DNA of 50,512 bases, taken from positions 1 through 50,512 of the forward strand of contig NW_021834245.1 in the NCBI RefSeq assembly GCF_006345805.1. Direction: 5' to 3'. Shown here piece by piece: positions 46,590 to 50,512 of the stretch (its first letter is position 1; each line of letters begins with the position of its first letter). Below the pieces are notes generated by a model. That model was not told where the DNA came from. It did not search any database and saw nothing but the letters and a program-made list of their open reading frames with translations. The position numbers and the translations under genes were made by a program. This DNA comes from Octopus sinensis (Eukaryota).

Positions 46590-47599
46590 TTAACCCTTTC
46601 GTTACTGTTTTCCTATGGCGGTTTTGTTTATTCTACCTTAAGCTTTTTCTTAGGTTATGTTATTTTATTTAGCTTTTTTCTGAGTAAGGGAGAATATAAT
46701 GATTCAACGTCACTTATACTTAAGTGTTATCATTATACCTAAAACCCTAACTACAGTTATAACGTCATAGAGACATATACGCATGAAACGCTATGAATAT
46801 TAATGACATGTATGTTGAATATTTTCTTCGTATCCTTTAAACCGCTATAAGAAAACATAAATTAAGGATTACAGAAATGCATACTTATTTATGCTCAGTT
46901 GAAAAACAAACGTGAAGAGAAACATTTTCTTTTAATTAGTTTTATTATATAAATATAACATTTTATATTATTTACAGTAAGAAAGAAAGATAACTTTGTC
47001 ATGTAGAAGAATGACTATAAATTCATTAACTAATTTCTTAATTCTAACTAATACATTAACCAACAAATCAAAATAGACTCGTGATTAACTTTAGACATGG
47101 CATGAAAATTACCGATGTCTCAAAAGAGTGAGTGTCGTGGAGTTCAGTGACATCCAACAAACACTGAAATTTTTCCCAAAATCCAGGGTTTTTATAACTG
47201 CTCAACTTGACTTAAAAGAATCGAAATCCATGACAAATATTCTTTACAAAACTTTTAGAATCTTTATATGAGCAGTTATATTAACCAATGGAAAAAAACG
47301 AAAATGATAATTCTTCGGCAAAGACATTACGTCATATTGCCAATTCACGCCACATTTCAAAATGGCTAATATGGTTATTGCAACACTGTATCTATTTTGA
47401 GATGCTCTGTGTTTCTTTCAATTATTTAAAAATATGACAAAGAATTTAGTAAAATAACTTAGTTATCATTCAGCTGGTTTTAGGAACATAAATTGTGACT
47501 TAGGTATGGTGGAAGATTTTAATTCAAAACTTATGAAAACAAGACATTTGTACTCAGAGCCAGAGCCAGTTTCAGCTGGGTTGGTATCAAAAGGGTTAA
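46590..47599 (+). mobile_element. Long (about 1 kb) non-autonomous piggyBac-like element
   Basis: TTAA-CCCTTTCGTTAC ... GTATCAAAAGGG-TTAA, with no transposase ORF. Confidence 0.75.
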
Positions 47600-48247
47600 C
47601 ATGACAGCAGTTATAATAGCAATTGATATAGTAATTAGAAATATACACCAATATTAATGTTTGTATATAGCTGTAGGTTAAACAGACTTGCATATCTGAA
47701 CAACTCTAACTATATTACCATATAAAGCATTATTGACGTTATATTAGATCAGTATAGATATGATGTGTAGCAACGGTGACATCAAATAGTGGCTGTGGCA
47801 TCATCACCATCTAACCTCCATTTTTCCATACTTGCAAGAGTCAGATGCAATTTATTGTTTATTTGAGGCAGGTTTTCTATGGTTGGATGCCCCAACTATT
47901 TCCATGTGAGGTAATGTTTCCCATGGTCAAACATGTTTTTCACTGAAGACTGGGAATCGCCAACATTACTTGTATGATGAAGGACTCGCTTACAACCATC
48001 ACATGATGTCAAGACAAAAATGTACACACACACACACACACATACATACACATCTGATGGGCTTATTTCAGTTTCTGTCTACCAAATTCACAGAAGATAT
48101 ATGCCCACAATGCCATGTGGTGAGTCTGAAATCCAGAGTACATGATTGTGAAGCAAGCTTCTCAGCCACACACTCATGCCTGTACCTAAAAACATTATAT
48201 ACATATATATGTAAGGAGAGAGAAAGGGAGAAAGAGAAGTATGTATG

Positions 48248-48278
<31 letters not shown>

Positions 48279-48292
48279 ATATATATATGTAC

Positions 48293-48324
<32 letters not shown>

Positions 48325-48480
48325 AAGGAAAAAAGTCAAGGTAGAAAATGCTAAAATAATTTTATCATAAAAAACACTTTAGTACCGGTTTCAGTCTTTG
48401 AGACTTTTCCAACACTAAGTAAGGAACATAATTAAATTTTGGAAAATTAAATGAAAAGTTTTTTTTAAAAGAATATTTGC
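48325..48480 (-). mobile_element. Penelope-like terminal fragment with a hammerhead-like variant
   Basis: Minus strand TTGGAAA-AGTC-TCAAA-GACT-GAAACCGGTA (48382-48412), adjacent to (TA)n. Confidence 0.4.
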
Positions 48481-48959
48481 ATAGTATTCAAATACAAGGG
48501 CCATTTTCCTTGTTTCTGCCTGTCTCTGTCTGTCTTGTTTATTCTTGTGGGTTTGAGGTTGTTGTGAATTCTTGGCAGGGAGAAGGAAGAAGAAGAAGTA
48601 GAAGAAGAAGAAAAAGAAGAAGAAGAAGAAGAGGAGGAGTAAGACGAGGAGGAGGAGGAGAATTCATGAGTGGTATGATGGTAGTAGGATGTTAAATGGT
48701 CAAGTGCCCTGAAAGTGACAAGTGGATATTATATATATATATATATATATAGCAATAGATAGATAGATAGATAGATAATGTGTGTATGTATGTATAAGAG
48801 ATAGAGAGAGAGAGATGAGAAAGAGAAAGGGGAGTAACCCTCACCTGTTTTGTAACTAAGGAGTCTTGTATTCCTAATGTCAGCAGATAATTTGTCAACA
48901 GTAGGAAACTGACAACAATATCACTGCTTGTAGCACAGTGACTTTCAACAAAGTACAAA

Positions 48960-49092
48960 TGTAAACAAATACACAGACACACATTCACATACATATACAC
49001 ACATGCGTTATATATATGTATATATATATATATATATATATTATATTATATATATATATAAACACATTATATATATATATATACACACAATC

Positions 49093-49130
<38 letters not shown>

Positions 49131-49272
49131 TACAAATATATACGTATATACACACACATACGTACACACATACGTAACACACACATACGTACACACATAC
49201 GTACACACACATACGTACACACACATACATGCACACACATACATACATACACACACACATACACACATACAT
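48960..49272. repeat. (TA)n/(CA)n/(CACACATACGTA)n microsatellite block
   Basis: Directly visible. Confidence 0.9.
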
Positions 49273-49308
49273 CTGTAACAATACACACAAAGTAGGCTTT
49301 TAATATCT

Positions 49309-49505
49309 CAGTGGTGTATGGTGGTTTTTGTACTGGGTGTGCTACCACACTCAGCGCCACCGAATTTCAAGCAGGAGTATAACAAAAGTTTTCCATGAAG
49401 ATTTGTGATTAAATTAATGAGTAAGGTTAATATTCATAATGAATTTGCCATTTTCAGTGGGTGTGCAGCACCCAGAATACAGCACACCCAGAATATATGC
49501 CCCTG
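49309..49505. mobile_element. Possible hAT-like MITE
   Basis: Imperfect TIRs CAGTGGTGTAT / ATATGCCCCTG and subterminal CTGGGTGTGCT / AGCACACCCAG. No clear TSD. Confidence 0.45.
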
Positions 49506-49610
49506 ATGTACATATGTGAGCATATGTATACTCCACCATCAACAGTACTCAGTCTTATCCAGCTTTAGAAATCTCTAAAGTAAATATAATCCCATGATGT
49601 ATTGATGTTT

Positions 49611-49966
49611 AACATGGTTCCGGGTTCAGTCCCACTGCGTGGCACCTTGGGCAAGTGTCTTCTACTATAGCCTCGGGTCGACCAAAGCCTTGTGTGTGGA
49701 TTTGGTAGATAGAAACTGAAAGAAGCCCATTGTATATATGTATATGTATATATATGTGTGTGTCTGTGTTTGTCCCCCCAACATCGCTCGACAACCGATG
49801 CTGGTGTGTTTATGTCCCCATAACTTAGCAGTTTGGCAAAAGAGACCGATAGAATAAGTACTAGGCTTACAAAGAATAAGTCCTGGGGTCGATTTGCTTG
49901 ACTAAAGGTGGTGCTCCAGCATGGCCGCAGTCAAATGACTGAAACAAATAAAAGAGTAAAAGAGTA
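49611..49966 (+). mobile_element. SINE family A (5'-truncated, young-looking)
   Basis: ACATGGTTCCGGGTTCAGTCCC through GACTGAAACAAATAAAAGAGTAAAAGAG. Confidence 0.9.
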
Positions 49967-50413
49967 ACATTGATCTTAAAACACATTTGACAAATTTCTG
50001 TTGGTCCAACCCAGAATGTTAATTTACTTGGAATTATTGCAGCCACAAAATTCCTTTTATGGAAAATATGAGAGAAAGTAAAATAGCCTATGACGAGGAT
50101 GTATAATTGAGGTGTTCAACTGGTTTAATTGTCTGAGGTTCCAGAGAGATAAGGAAGAGAAAACTAGGAATATGAATGTCTGAGAGGCCTCTCCTGCCAC
50201 ACACACAGAAAAAAAAATTGAAATAGAAATAAAAGAAAAATATCAGCCCTCACCATCACCACCTTAAGGTCCCCAGGAAAAAGTCAATATTCCACTTTGT
50301 AAGATTTCTCTATGAGGTTCTGCTGATAGATAACATTCATTGAAAATGAAAGGGAAGGTCTATGGGAGTTGTGTGATAGTTGCAATACTGTATGGGAGTG
50401 AGACATAGTGTTT

Positions 50414-50444
<31 letters not shown>

Positions 50445-50512
50445 TGAGGAGTGAGAGAGCAATGGTGAGTGAAATTTGTGGCATAGGGCTCTTTGATAAG
50501 AGGAGGACTGAG

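Overview
Repeat-saturated, AT-rich eukaryotic non-coding DNA (intronic or intergenic). It is most likely from a coleoid cephalopod such as Octopus, inferred from the SINE families and the extreme microsatellite density, not from a database search. I see no intact protein-coding gene. Nearly all ORFs in the track come from microsatellites or SINEs. The window holds several tRNA-derived SINE families (labelled A-E here), decayed RTE, R4/Dong and CR1-like LINE fragments, TTAA-flanked piggyBac-like and hAT-like MITEs, minisatellites and several fold-back palindromes. The most interesting signals are: (1) head-to-tail multimers of a 185-bp SINE body with the same junction at two independent loci, each inside a single target-site duplication; (2) four short elements with Penelope-type minimal hammerhead-like motifs, one fused to a tRNA-like Pol III head and carrying 5' inversions; (3) a 248-bp near-perfect hairpin whose mismatches are all G-U or A-C; (4) a CR1-like LINE tail shared with two SINE families, with stem covariation; (5) one weak candidate small exon at 9779-9909.
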